Position numbers and translations under genes: made by a program
Notes under the pieces: model-generated
Seen by the model: only the letters and a program-made list of their open reading frames with translations
Databases searched by the model: none
Told to the model about the DNA's origin: nothing
NCBI GenBank assembly: GCA_019873685.1
Contig: JAIOAT010000005.1
Location: forward strand, 65,428-129,427
Source of the DNA: Chloroflexota bacterium
GTDB lineage: Bacteria; Chloroflexota; Anaerolineae; Aggregatilineales; Ch27
Length of the DNA stretch: 64,000 nucleotides
Direction of reading: 5' to 3'
In this document: positions 27,896 to 37,888 of the stretch, piece after piece
Position numbering within the stretch: the first letter of the stretch is position 1
Layout of the letters: each line of letters opens with the position of its first letter

Positions 27896-28690
27896 CTATG
27901 CGCCCGGCAGGGCGATCACCACACCAAACCGACCTGTACGGCCCTGCTCCGCCCGGTGAGAATAGAATTCATGTGTCCGGGTTGCCGTACAGAGTCCAGC
28001 AACCTCCACCTGCCGCACGCCAGCCGCATGAAGCGCCCGGCGGTTGGCCGCCCACAGATCGAGATACACCCCGCCATCTTCGCTGCGTCGGATCAGGCCA
28101 TCGCTCTCCCCGAACGCCTGACAAACCGCGTTCACCACGTCCTCGCCAACACGGTACTGCTCCGGCCCGATGCTTGGCCCGATCCCCGCCTGAATATCCT
28201 CCGGCTGGCACCCGTACCGCTCGATCATCGCTTCTACAACGCTCTGGGCAACCCCTGCGACCGTGCCACGCCAGCCTGCATGAGCCAGCCCGATCACCCG
28301 CTTGGTTGGATCGTAGAGCAGAATCGGCACACAATCCGCAAAGCGCATGGTCAGCACCGCGCCCGGACGGTTGGTGATGAGACCGTCCGCTTTGCCCAGG
28401 ATACCGCCGCCGCAGGGCGAGTCCTCGACCGCGATGACCTCCCGGCCATGCACCTGCCACACCGTACAGAAACGGCGCTCATCCAGTCCCAGCGCCGCCG
28501 CCATCAACGCCTTGTTTCTGGCCACCGCCTGCGGATCATCGCCAACTGTGCTGCCCACATTGAGCGACGCCCACGGCGCAACGCTGACGCCACCGAGCCG
28601 CGTGAAAATGCCATGCACCGGCGCATACTCATCGCCAGCCCATTGCTCAAACTGATAATAGACTGGCCCATCAGTGACGATTCGTCGCAC
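27896..28690 (-). CDS. pgeF: Peptidoglycan editing factor PgeF / YfiH (DUF152, laccase-domain) protein
   Basis: [32 protein letters not shown] and SHR blocks carrying the conserved His-Cys-His site. Confidence 0.88.
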   Translation of the reverse strand: MRRIVTDGPVYYQFEQWAGDEYAPVHGIFTRLGGVSVAPWASLNVGSTVGDDPQAVARNKALMAAALGLDERRFCTVWQVHGREVIAVEDSPCGGGILGKADGLITNRPGAVLTMRFADCVPILLYDPTKRVIGLAHAGWRGTVAGVAQSVVEAMIERYGCQPEDIQAGIGPSIGPEQYRVGEDVVNAVCQAFGESDGLIRRSEDGGVYLDLWAANRRALHAAGVRQVEVAGLCTATRTHEFYSHRAEQGRTGRFGVVIALPGA

Positions 28691-28787
28691 GGTTGTGTCC
28701 TCGTCTACGGAGCATCCAGCCAGCAGACAGGGCGATTATAGCGTGCGCCGCATAGAGTTGCCGCATCAGTGCTGGATTTCAGGGCGC

Positions 28788-31295
28788 TCAAAGGAGCACA
28801 CTGACAGTCTCGAACTCCCGATCAGTGCTGAACACAACACAGCCATCCTGCATTTGCCAGGCCACTGGAGAGCTGTCAAGCACGATCTGCTGCGGAAGGC
28901 GTGCCAGGCCGTACAGCTGCAGGCAAATCTGCCGGTATCCGGGCCTGTAGGCGCCTTCACGCTCCCAGTGCAGGTCAAACCGTTCCGGTGTGGCCGCGCA
29001 GACAAATTGCGACCAGCGAAACGCCCCCGCTTGATACTCCTTGCCCTCGCCAGCGTCCTCATACAGCGGGCTACGACCATCGCCAGCGTAGACCTGCAGG
29101 GTTAGCTCATCGACTGCTCTTTCGCCCGTATACTGCATCTCCGGCCAGTGCGGGATGACACTGCCTGCCCGTACAAACAACGGCAAGCGGTCAAGCGGCG
29201 CTTCCACCTGGTAGCGGCTTCCGCCCTCGAATTTCGCTCCGCTCCAGTAGTCGTACCACACGCCCGGTGGCAGGCAGACCGTGCGCGTCTGTGCGCCAGG
29301 CTCCACAACCGGCGCGACCAGCAGGGTTTCGCCCAGCAGATAGGCGTCATCACAGTCAACCAGCTCGGGGTCAAGAAGCGCCAGCGGTCTGATGATCGGC
29401 CAGCCGTAGCGCGCACATTCGGCGAAGGCGGTATACAGGCAGGGCAACAGGCGGTAACGCAGCGCGATGTACTTCCGGCAGATGTCCTCATAGGGCTGGC
29501 CGAACGCCCACGGCTCGTGCCGCCCCGTCCACTTGGCGGTATGCCCGCGGAAGAATGGCAGCAACATCCCGGCCTGTACCCACCGCGTGAATAGTTCACC
29601 GTCAGCCTCGCCGGCAAACCCGCCGATGTCCGGCCCCGTGAAAGCCAGCCCGGACATCCCCAGGTTGAGGCACATGCTGATGCTGAGCTTGAGGTGATCC
29701 CAGGTGGAGTGGTTGTCCGCCGTCCACGACGAAGCGTAACGCTGCACTCCGGCGTAACCGGATCGGGTGATCACCAGATGCCGCCGTTCCGGTTGAAGTC
29801 GTTCCAGCCCCTCTCTCGTAGCCCGCACCATCTGCATCCCATACACGTTATGGGCCGTGCGCTGATCGGCCCCTCGGCCCTCATAGTCGTGAACGAGATA
29901 GTCCGGCGCTTCTTTCAAGCGGGCATCCGAACTGAAGATGGCCGGTTCATTCATGTCGTTCCACACCCCGGCCACACCAGCTTCCAGCAGATCGCGGTAC
30001 AGGGTTCCCCACCACTGCCGCACTGCCGGAGCGGTGAAATCGGGGAAATAGCAGTTGCCCGGCCAGACCGGGGCAACAAACAGCTGGCCGTCGGGATAGC
30101 GAACGAAAGCTCCCAGCGCCAACCCTTCACGGCAAACCCGGTATGAGCGATCAACCTTGATACCCGGATCGATCATCACCACCGTACGGAAGCCCGCAGC
30201 CTTAAGATCGCTGATTAATCCAGCCGGATCAGGGAAACGCCGGGGATGCCAGGTAAAGCAGCGGAAGCCATCCATGTAGTCGATATCGAGGTAGATCGCG
30301 TCACAGGGGATCTTGCGCTGGCGGAACTCCTGCGCCACCCAACGTACCTCGTCCGCCGACATGTAACTCCACCGGCTCTGGTGATAGCCCAGTGCCCACA
30401 GCGGCGGCAGGGGCATCCGTCCGGTCAGGCGGGTGTACGCGCTCAGCACGTCCAGCGCGGAAGGACCGGTGAAAAGCGTGTAGCACAGTTCGCCGGACTC
30501 CGCTTCAAAGACCAGCCGGTCTTCCGCTCCCGGCGCTCCCACGGCAACCGCTCCCCGAACCGGGTTATCCCAGAACAGGCCATAGGCCGATCTGCCGCGC
30601 AACCCGACATAGAAAGGGATGCACAGGTTGATCGGATCGTCGCCGCGCTGGTACCCGGCAGGATCGGTGTTCCACAACGCGTATGAGCGCCCGCGCAGAT
30701 TGAAGCCAAAAGCGCGTTCGCCCAATCCGTGCCCCGTTTCGTCCGGCGTCAGTTGCGCACTCAGGCGTACCCGTTCACCGCTCCAGGCCGGCCCTTCGGC
30801 ATCTGCGTAGCTCAGCCGACCATCCGTGTCGGTGACTGTCAGCGTCAGATCAGCGCGGGCGACCCGGCAGACGTTCCGCCCGAACCGGAGTAGCAGCGCG
30901 TCCGGTGTTTCGGAGAGATCAAAGTCAATCGCCTGTGGCCTATCCTCAACCAGCGCATACGAGAACAATTCCGGCAGACGACCATCCGGGCTCACCCGCA
31001 CACGCAGGCAATCTTCCGCCAGCACATCCAGCCTCAGGCAGCCCTGCCCCGTCCGAAGGGTCACGCCGTGAGTGTCACGCTCGTACGCTGCCAGCGCCCC
31101 CAGCCGCTGCCATGAACCCGCTGGGGCAGCTGGCCGCCCGAACCGCGCATCCTGGCGTTGCCGGGTGCGCCGATACACCCAGCTCTGCCACGCCGGACGC
31201 AGGCCAATCGCCAGCAATTGCGTCACCCACCCCCAGCTCGCGCCCGTTCGACGTTCATCAGTCACTGCTGTTTCCCCTTTTTCAGCGAAGCCCAA
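28788..31295 (-). CDS. Glycoside hydrolase family 31 alpha-glucosidase
   Basis: Catalytic nucleophile block GVWNDMNEP, then YLDIDYMDGFRCFTW, HNVYG and FTGPDIGGF, a typical GH31 order. 835 aa. Confidence 0.9.
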   Translation of the reverse strand: MGFAEKGETAVTDERRTGASWGWVTQLLAIGLRPAWQSWVYRRTRQRQDARFGRPAAPAGSWQRLGALAAYERDTHGVTLRTGQGCLRLDVLAEDCLRVRVSPDGRLPELFSYALVEDRPQAIDFDLSETPDALLLRFGRNVCRVARADLTLTVTDTDGRLSYADAEGPAWSGERVRLSAQLTPDETGHGLGERAFGFNLRGRSYALWNTDPAGYQRGDDPINLCIPFYVGLRGRSAYGLFWDNPVRGAVAVGAPGAEDRLVFEAESGELCYTLFTGPSALDVLSAYTRLTGRMPLPPLWALGYHQSRWSYMSADEVRWVAQEFRQRKIPCDAIYLDIDYMDGFRCFTWHPRRFPDPAGLISDLKAAGFRTVVMIDPGIKVDRSYRVCREGLALGAFVRYPDGQLFVAPVWPGNCYFPDFTAPAVRQWWGTLYRDLLEAGVAGVWNDMNEPAIFSSDARLKEAPDYLVHDYEGRGADQRTAHNVYGMQMVRATREGLERLQPERRHLVITRSGYAGVQRYASSWTADNHSTWDHLKLSISMCLNLGMSGLAFTGPDIGGFAGEADGELFTRWVQAGMLLPFFRGHTAKWTGRHEPWAFGQPYEDICRKYIALRYRLLPCLYTAFAECARYGWPIIRPLALLDPELVDCDDAYLLGETLLVAPVVEPGAQTRTVCLPPGVWYDYWSGAKFEGGSRYQVEAPLDRLPLFVRAGSVIPHWPEMQYTGERAVDELTLQVYAGDGRSPLYEDAGEGKEYQAGAFRWSQFVCAATPERFDLHWEREGAYRPGYRQICLQLYGLARLPQQIVLDSSPVAWQMQDGCVVFSTDREFETVSVLL

Positions 31296-31313
31296 AAGTT
31301 AGCGCTGCCCGGC

Positions 31314-33995
31314 TCAGTCGTCCCGCCGCACGCGCTTCTCAACCAGATTCCGGAATGGGTCCTCGCCGGGTTTGTAGAGCACCTCGCGGGTTCGCCCGCC
31401 GCTCTTTGCCGCGCCAATGATCCCCAGTTCCTCCAGCAGATCCATCAGTCGCGCCGCGCGGGGATACCCCAGCCCCATTCGCCGCTGGATCAGCGAGGCA
31501 GAAGCTTCGCCCGCTTCAACCACAATCCGGATCGCTTCCTCCAGCATCGGGTCGGTCTCGGAGAGAATCTCCCGGCGCGTCATACCCCGCTCCCAGGGAG
31601 CAATCGTGCGCGCCGGTATCATGCCGGCCTCGACCTGCCGCTGCATCCACTGCTTCCAGTAAGCCAGCACGCGCTCCAGTTCTTCGTCAGAAACATAACA
31701 GCCCTGCAAACGCTGCGGTCCGGCAGCGTCCGCCGCCTGGTAGAGCATATCGCCCCGCCCCATCAGGGTTTCCGCCCCGACCGTGTCCAGGATCACCCGG
31801 GAATCCACTCCCGATGCCACCGCGAATGAAATCCGCGCCGGGAAGTTCGCCTTGATCAGGCCGGTGATTACGTCCACTGAGGGCCGTTGCGTGGCTACAA
31901 TCAGATGAATCCCTACTGCCCGCGCCATCTGCGCCAGCCGGGCCAGCGTCTTTTCCGTCTCATCGGGCCGGGACAGCATCAGATCGCCGATCTCGTCGAA
32001 GATGATCACGATGTAGGGCAGATGCTCGTCCATCCGGCGCTTGCCAAGCGCCCGGTTGTAGCTCTCGATATTGCGCGCCGCCGCCACTTCCAGCAATTTG
32101 TAGCGTCGATCCATCTCGCGCGTGGCCCAGCGCAGTACACCCAGAATACGCTCCTGGTCATACTCCACCGGCCCCAGCAGGTGAGGCAGGCCGTTGAAGC
32201 GCGTCAGTTCAACCATCTTGGGATCAAGCAGGACGAGCTTGAGGCGATCCGGCAGGTTATTCATCACCAGCGCGGTCGCCATCGCGGTGAGCGCAACAGA
32301 TTTGCCTGAGCCAGTCGTGCCAGCGACCAGCAGGTGTGGCATCGACGCCAGATCGGCTACGAACGACTCCCCGGAGACATCCCGCCCCAGCGGCAGCGCC
32401 AGCGGTGACTTCCGCGCCCGGTAGAAGTTGACGCTTTCCATCACGCCGCGCAGCGAAACAATGCTCGGACGTTTGTTGGGCACCTCAACACCAATGTACG
32501 AATGGCCCGGAACCGGCGCCTGAATGCGCAGGCGTTGCGCTGAGAGCGCCAGCGCCAGGTCTCTTTCCAGGGTGGTGATCCGGTTGACCCTCACACGCTG
32601 CAGAAACCGCTCGCCATCCTCCATCACCATCTCTTTGAAGGGCTGCACGGCGTACTGGGTGACCACCGGGCCAATCTTGACATCCACAACCTCAACGTGA
32701 ATGTCAAATTCCCGCAACGTATCCTCGATGATACGGGCGTTGGTGTTGATTTCCTCGTCCGTAGGCCGGTTGAGGTCGTTGTCTTCCAGCAGGTCGTAAG
32801 GTGGCAACCCCTCTTCGCGCCGACCAACCCGCCGCTCTTCTTGCAGGTCCTCAACGCGAAACTCGCGCACCAGCCGCCCGTAGGCGTCGCGAACCTGCCG
32901 CGCCCGCGTACTCGGCTTGTGCACCGGCATGGCTACAGCCCATCTGCCCGGTTCCTCCCCGTTGGTGCGAGGAACGATTGACGGGCGCTCTCCCGGCGGC
33001 CCCGGTGAACTGAGGCCGCGATCAATCTTATCCGGGTCAGGCTGGATGTAAGAGGGCAGGCCAGACGAATACAGATCATCGTCCTCGTCGCTTTCGTCGC
33101 CTTCCTCACCCTCATCGAGATCATCATCCTCAGGAGCCAGCGGGCGGACATGTCCCGGTCCAGGGAGGCGGCTGCGATCGACAACGGATGGTCGGCGGCG
33201 CAGGTATGGAGCCTCAGGCTCAGCTTGCGGCTGATCCTCTGGCTCCTCTTTCGCAGCTTCTCTGGCCAGCCGCTCGGCGCGCTGTTCAAGGGTCTCCGCA
33301 GTACGGGTCAGCCTGGCAATACCCCATTCCAGGGCGGCGTCAAGATGTTGCCTGCGCAGACCAACCGCCCGGCTCACGGCAATAAGAAACACGATTCCGT
33401 ACACGATGGTCGCCGTAATGGGATCAAACAGCCCGGCGATCATCTGGCTGAAGGCCCAGCCAACGTATCCCCCGCCGCCCCCTGCTCTGGCCAGCGAACG
33501 CGGTTCCGGATCATTAGCCAGCAGATGCAGCAGCGCCAGCAAGGAAAGAAAGCTCACTTCAAGCGCCAGTATCCGCGACCAGGGAAAACGCAAGACAACG
33601 CCAAACTGGGGCAACAGCAGGATCACGCCCAGCGCGAGGATGCCCAGCGCCACCACAAACCCGCCATAGCCAAACAACTGACGGATGGCCTGCGCCCAGC
33701 TCCCAGTCAGAGAGGCATCCGGCGAGAAATTGAGTAGCGCCAGCAGCGACACCACACCGAAAACGATCAGCAGCACCGCCGCAACTTCACTGGAGCCGGG
33801 CGGCAGGGAATCCCAAAAGTCTCGCACCCGGCCCGGCATGGCCTGGATCCGTGCCAGCAAGCCCCCATTGATCGCCCTGCCTCCTGAACGTGTTCCTTTC
33901 CGGGGCGCGCCAGCGGGCTTCTGGAACTTAGTTTTGAGTGCGTCCAGGGCAGAGCGCCAGATGGACGATTGGCGAGTCGGTTGTTTGCCTGCCAT
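31314..33995 (-). CDS. ftsK: DNA translocase FtsK/SpoIIIE
   Basis: N-terminal TM domain, acidic/Pro-rich linker, motor domain with Walker A GTTGSGKSV and Walker B IVIIFDE, and a C-terminal gamma winged-helix (ASASLIQRRMGLGYPRAARLMDLLEELGIIG). Confidence 0.95.
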   Translation of the reverse strand: MAGKQPTRQSSIWRSALDALKTKFQKPAGAPRKGTRSGGRAINGGLLARIQAMPGRVRDFWDSLPPGSSEVAAVLLIVFGVVSLLALLNFSPDASLTGSWAQAIRQLFGYGGFVVALGILALGVILLLPQFGVVLRFPWSRILALEVSFLSLLALLHLLANDPEPRSLARAGGGGGYVGWAFSQMIAGLFDPITATIVYGIVFLIAVSRAVGLRRQHLDAALEWGIARLTRTAETLEQRAERLAREAAKEEPEDQPQAEPEAPYLRRRPSVVDRSRLPGPGHVRPLAPEDDDLDEGEEGDESDEDDDLYSSGLPSYIQPDPDKIDRGLSSPGPPGERPSIVPRTNGEEPGRWAVAMPVHKPSTRARQVRDAYGRLVREFRVEDLQEERRVGRREEGLPPYDLLEDNDLNRPTDEEINTNARIIEDTLREFDIHVEVVDVKIGPVVTQYAVQPFKEMVMEDGERFLQRVRVNRITTLERDLALALSAQRLRIQAPVPGHSYIGVEVPNKRPSIVSLRGVMESVNFYRARKSPLALPLGRDVSGESFVADLASMPHLLVAGTTGSGKSVALTAMATALVMNNLPDRLKLVLLDPKMVELTRFNGLPHLLGPVEYDQERILGVLRWATREMDRRYKLLEVAAARNIESYNRALGKRRMDEHLPYIVIIFDEIGDLMLSRPDETEKTLARLAQMARAVGIHLIVATQRPSVDVITGLIKANFPARISFAVASGVDSRVILDTVGAETLMGRGDMLYQAADAAGPQRLQGCYVSDEELERVLAYWKQWMQRQVEAGMIPARTIAPWERGMTRREILSETDPMLEEAIRIVVEAGEASASLIQRRMGLGYPRAARLMDLLEELGIIGAAKSGGRTREVLYKPGEDPFRNLVEKRVRRDD

Positions 33996-34103
33996 GAGAA
34001 CCTGCCACTAAGAATCACCCTGTTCGCGATTCATCATCACCTGTGACCAGCCGAGTTTCACTCCCGCCGTCATCATAGCACATCCGTTCCGGCAAGCAAT
34101 CCT

Positions 34104-34146
34104 ACAACAAACAGGCCGCACTCTGCCAGACAGTTCGAGCGCGGCC
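34104..34146 (-). terminator. Candidate Rho-independent terminator after the S1-domain gene
   Basis: Minus strand: GGCCGCGCTC .. GAGTGCGGCC stem (34146-34137 and 34123-34114) followed by TGTTTGTTGT. Confidence 0.45.
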
Positions 34147-34171
34147 CCGAAAACCACCAGTACAGCAAAGA

Positions 34172-35173
34172 TCATTTTGCGCTCAAATCCCGAAGGCTCA
34201 ACCCCAACCGGCGGGACGGACCGTCAATGTTCAGAATCCTGGCCTGCACCACCTGACTTTCGCTCACCACATTGCGTGGATGCAGGAAGTGTCCTTCCGC
34301 CAGTTCCGAAATGTGGATTAGCCCCTCTAATCCCTCTTCGATACAGGCAAAAGCGCCGAAGTCAACCACGTTCGTGATCACCCCGCGGACGATCTGGCCG
34401 ACATGGTAGCGCTCATGGACGGTTTCCCATGGATCCGGTTGCAGGCGTTTGATGCTCAGGGCGACCCGGCCAAGCTCCTTATTGACATCCATGACATAGA
34501 CCGTGACCTGTTGCCCCCGCCTGACCACATCACCGGGGTGTCCCACCCGTCCCCAGCTTAATTCCGAGATATGGATCAGGCCTTCCACACCACCCAGGTC
34601 AACAAACACGCCGAAATCGCAAACGTTAGTCACGATGCCGGTGCATTTGTCGCCTGGCTTGAGGTTATCCAGCACAGCAGCCCGTGTGCCCGGCCTCACC
34701 TGAGCGGCGCGCTCAGAGAAGATCAGGCGATTCTGGGTCTCATCCAGTTCGATCACCCGCAGAACAAGATGCCGGCCCGTATAGGCTGCAAGTTCCTGGC
34801 GGCGAAGAGCCTCGTTGGTCGTCGCCGGAAAATCCACTAATTGGCTGGCCGGCACAAAACCGCGCAGACTCTTCCACTGTACCAACAACCCGCCGCGATT
34901 ATTGCCGATTACCGGCAATTCCAGCGAGGTATCCGAAGCCATGATCTCGCGGATTTCCTGCCAGTCCGATGAGCTGGGATAGTCCCGTTCTTCCGGAAAG
35001 CTGGCGGCCTCCCGTTCAGTTGCGGCCAATCCTGCGTACCAGTCATCCCCTGTCCGGTTTATCTCCTCGGCAGGTAGCATCTCGCCTTCCCGCAACAATG
35101 CCGACCAATAAGCCTCATCGATCGCCGGTGGTGATGACATCCCCCGCTCTCCCCGAAAAGTTGCGTTTGACAT
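34172..35173 (-). CDS. S1 RNA-binding domain protein (three S1 repeats, acidic N-terminus)
   Basis: Two canonical S1 repeats: GDKCTGIVTNVCDFGVFVDLGGVEGLIHISELS and GQIVRGVITNVVDFGAFACIEEGLEGLIHISELA, plus one degenerate repeat. I chose the start at the ATG preceded by AGGAGGAAGGA; the track start at 35224 lies further upstream. Confidence 0.85.
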   Translation of the reverse strand: MSNATFRGERGMSSPPAIDEAYWSALLREGEMLPAEEINRTGDDWYAGLAATEREAASFPEERDYPSSSDWQEIREIMASDTSLELPVIGNNRGGLLVQWKSLRGFVPASQLVDFPATTNEALRRQELAAYTGRHLVLRVIELDETQNRLIFSERAAQVRPGTRAAVLDNLKPGDKCTGIVTNVCDFGVFVDLGGVEGLIHISELSWGRVGHPGDVVRRGQQVTVYVMDVNKELGRVALSIKRLQPDPWETVHERYHVGQIVRGVITNVVDFGAFACIEEGLEGLIHISELAEGHFLHPRNVVSESQVVQARILNIDGPSRRLGLSLRDLSAK

Positions 35174-35254
35174 CAATCCATCCTTCCTCCTGTGGTACTT
35201 CCACTGAACAGGTGCTAAGTACACACGATAAGACCACAGACCGGGACAGACGCC

Positions 35255-35283
35255 ATTATAGAAACGGCCTATCGCACTGTCAA
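35255..35283 (-). promoter_or_regulatory. Consensus sigma-70 promoter (TTGACA, 17-nt spacer, TATAAT) for the S1-domain gene
   Basis: The minus strand reads TTGACA (35283-35278), then GTGCGATAGGCCGTTTC, then TATAAT (35260-35255). This is about 80 nt upstream of the chosen start codon. Confidence 0.6.
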
Positions 35284-35313
35284 AAATGCCCTACGATGAG
35301 ATTAACCAGCAGG

Positions 35314-37248
35314 TTACTGCATCGCTTCCGCTTCCTTCTCCATCTCAATCAGGATGCGGGCGACCTCCTCAATGGCCGCTCGCTGCTTACGATAGAGATC
35401 GGCCTCGCTCATCGCCAGGCGCTTGGCCACATCCCGAACCCGGTAGCCCTGGATGAAGCGCAGTTCAACGATATTATACAGGGTCCACTCAGTCTGTGTC
35501 ATGCTGCGCTCGCCAGGGGGGCGCATCCGGCTTACCGCCTCCTGTAACACCGCCCGCAAAGCGCGTGTCGGATTATTGCCATTATCCTGCAGAGCTGCTC
35601 GGACCACACCCAGCTGCAGCAACTCGCTCTGCGTCAGGCGCGGCCCGCCCCAGTAGTCGCGCAGAGCGTCCCGCACCGCATTGACAAAGCCAGGCTTTGG
35701 CTCCGTTGAAGTACGCACCTCCGCCTTGATCAGGGCCGGGAAATCGCCGTAACGGGCCGTATCCCGCAGGCGTTGGATCGCTTCCATCTCTGGCAGGAGC
35801 TTCTCCAGAGCGGTAAAGACTTCGGTCTGCAGAATCTGGTCGTCCAACGCCTGGGAGACCTGCTCCACCAGCATATCGAACACCCGCTGCTCCTCGGGCG
35901 TCAGATTGACCTCCGGTGCGCGCGCCTGTACCCCCAGCACGCCAAGCAAGCGCCCCCCTTGCCCATTGCCGTTCGATCCACCCGGCGAATATCGCGCGCT
36001 GTACAGAGGCACGACCCAGAAGTTGTGCCAGGAATAAATCGTGACCACGCCATTGGTATTGTTCCGGAGTTGTCGCAGAAGCTCGTCGCCATCATCCCAC
36101 AGAGCATCCGGCTGCCAGCCACCGACCGACTCACTCACCCGTATCTGCTCGCCATCCAGCGTGGCGATGAAGGCGACCGGCACCTGCACCAGATCGCACA
36201 CCGCCGCCAACAGAGCCTCAAAGAGCTGATGCAGATCGTTATGGGTCAGCAGACGGTGCGCCACATCCTGCAACATCTGCACCTGCGCCTGTTCATCAGG
36301 GTAAACCAGGTACCGCTCCAGGCGCGGCAAGAACAGGGACACCATCCACTGCCAGAACATCACCATCGCCACCGCTGCGAAGAGCATGAACTCATCGCCC
36401 GGCAGCCCCAGGATGCGCCCGGCCTGAGGCACATACAACACGATGAGCAGCACCAGAATCCCCGCAAACGGCCCCCGCAGGAAGAAGCTGAGCAGTTCCG
36501 CCTTGACCACCCGATCGGGGATGTTTGAGCCAAAGAACGAAAGCGGATAGGCGATGAACAGCAGCATCAGGGCAATGCCCAGGTTGTTCAGGTTGACCAG
36601 CAACCAGAACAACACCGGCGAAGTCGACGAATCGGGAAACAACAACGAATAGGGGAAGATTCCGATGGCAGGCAGGGTGAATGAATACAACAGGTACCCC
36701 ATCCGCCGGTGCGTGTATGTCGTCAGGCATCGTTGCCGCGCCCGCAGCACGTTGTACACGGAAACAACTATCGCGATCACAAAGTACAGGACGTACACCG
36801 GGAACATTGGCCCGGCCTGCAGGTATGCCGCCGGACCCGGCACCAGCCCATGAACGAGCAGATCGGTGGTCAGCGCCATCACCGCAAATGTCGCACTGAG
36901 CAGGTACAGCAGCCGCACCACACGTCGCCGCCGCCCGCGCGATACTAGCCCGGTCGTCGCCAGCAGAGCGTCTGAGAGATGGAACATGGCCGCCGGCGCA
37001 AAGGCGATTCCCACCCATTGCACCCGCAACCAGTTGCGCAGGGAGAGGAGCGTCGGGCTGAGCGAGACAAAGACATCGATCAGGGAAACAACCGTCACAC
37101 ACGCCAGCAACACGCTGGACGCCCGCACCACCCTGGAGCGCCGGTTGCGCGACAGGTTGTACAGTAACATCGACGCCCCAACGATCACGATGATCGCTGA
37201 CAGCGTCTCATTGGTCACCTGCAGGATGCGTTCCAGAGACAATGGCAT
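35314..37248 (-). CDS. Polytopic membrane protein: about 9-TM sensor module (HisKA_7TM-like) + GAF-like domain + C-terminal sigma-70 region-4-like HTH
   Basis: About nine hydrophobic segments in the first 330 aa. A central GAF-like block reads LFEALLAAVCDLVQVPVAFIATLDGEQIRV..LLGVLGVQARAPEVNLTPEEQRVFDMLVEQV. The C-terminus WTLYNIVELRFIQGYRVRDVAKRLAMSEADLYRKQRAAIEEVARIL looks like an ECF-sigma region 4. I set the start to ATG 37248 so it does not overlap the GNAT gene. Confidence 0.7.
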   Translation of the reverse strand: MPLSLERILQVTNETLSAIIVIVGASMLLYNLSRNRRSRVVRASSVLLACVTVVSLIDVFVSLSPTLLSLRNWLRVQWVGIAFAPAAMFHLSDALLATTGLVSRGRRRRVVRLLYLLSATFAVMALTTDLLVHGLVPGPAAYLQAGPMFPVYVLYFVIAIVVSVYNVLRARQRCLTTYTHRRMGYLLYSFTLPAIGIFPYSLLFPDSSTSPVLFWLLVNLNNLGIALMLLFIAYPLSFFGSNIPDRVVKAELLSFFLRGPFAGILVLLIVLYVPQAGRILGLPGDEFMLFAAVAMVMFWQWMVSLFLPRLERYLVYPDEQAQVQMLQDVAHRLLTHNDLHQLFEALLAAVCDLVQVPVAFIATLDGEQIRVSESVGGWQPDALWDDGDELLRQLRNNTNGVVTIYSWHNFWVVPLYSARYSPGGSNGNGQGGRLLGVLGVQARAPEVNLTPEEQRVFDMLVEQVSQALDDQILQTEVFTALEKLLPEMEAIQRLRDTARYGDFPALIKAEVRTSTEPKPGFVNAVRDALRDYWGGPRLTQSELLQLGVVRAALQDNGNNPTRALRAVLQEAVSRMRPPGERSMTQTEWTLYNIVELRFIQGYRVRDVAKRLAMSEADLYRKQRAAIEEVARILIEMEKEAEAMQ

Positions 37249-37264
37249 TCCCAACCAGCCCGAA

Positions 37265-37840
37265 CTACCGCAAACTCTGTGTGAAGAACAGGGCAATATC
37301 CTGATTCGGATAGTAGCGATCGTTGAAGCCACATAGCGCAAGCCCGTGCCGCTGGCAGAAGGCTATCGCCGGGTGATTCTTGGTCTGCGTCTCGACCGTG
37401 ATCCGCGCCAGGTTACCTGCCCTGGCCCATTGCTGCGCCTCGTGCAGCAGGGCGCTCCCCACCCGTTGCCGCCGCAGGGGACGGTCGACCACCAGCTGTC
37501 GGACCCAGCCCGTCCCACAGGCATAGTCTGGACGGATAAGCACATATCCGGCAATACGCCCCGCCAATTCCGCGACCAGCAGACACTCGCCAGACTGGAT
37601 CGCAGCCTCCATAACCGTAGAATCGTGAGGGGTGATAATCGGCATTGAACGCGGCAGGCGCACCATTCGAAAGCTATAGATCAGCGCGCCCTGATCCTCG
37701 CGCGCCTCGACCTGCCAGACATAGTCACTGGACGACGAATGATCGAGCAACAAACAAAGCGGGATATCCTGTTCTTCGGCAGCGCGGATGAGGATACGCC
37801 TGTCACCTTCCAGCACCAACGGTTCGCCTGAGACACTCAT
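37265..37840 (-). CDS. GNAT family N-acetyltransferase
   Basis: Acetyl-CoA motif A: QLVVDRPLRRQRVGSALLHEAQQWARAGNL, followed by NHPAIAFCQRHGL. Confidence 0.85.
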   Translation of the reverse strand: MSVSGEPLVLEGDRRILIRAAEEQDIPLCLLLDHSSSSDYVWQVEAREDQGALIYSFRMVRLPRSMPIITPHDSTVMEAAIQSGECLLVAELAGRIAGYVLIRPDYACGTGWVRQLVVDRPLRRQRVGSALLHEAQQWARAGNLARITVETQTKNHPAIAFCQRHGLALCGFNDRYYPNQDIALFFTQSLR

Positions 37841-37888
37841 AGTTCACACCAGTTACAGACCACATGACCCACCAGCGACTGGCCCGTT

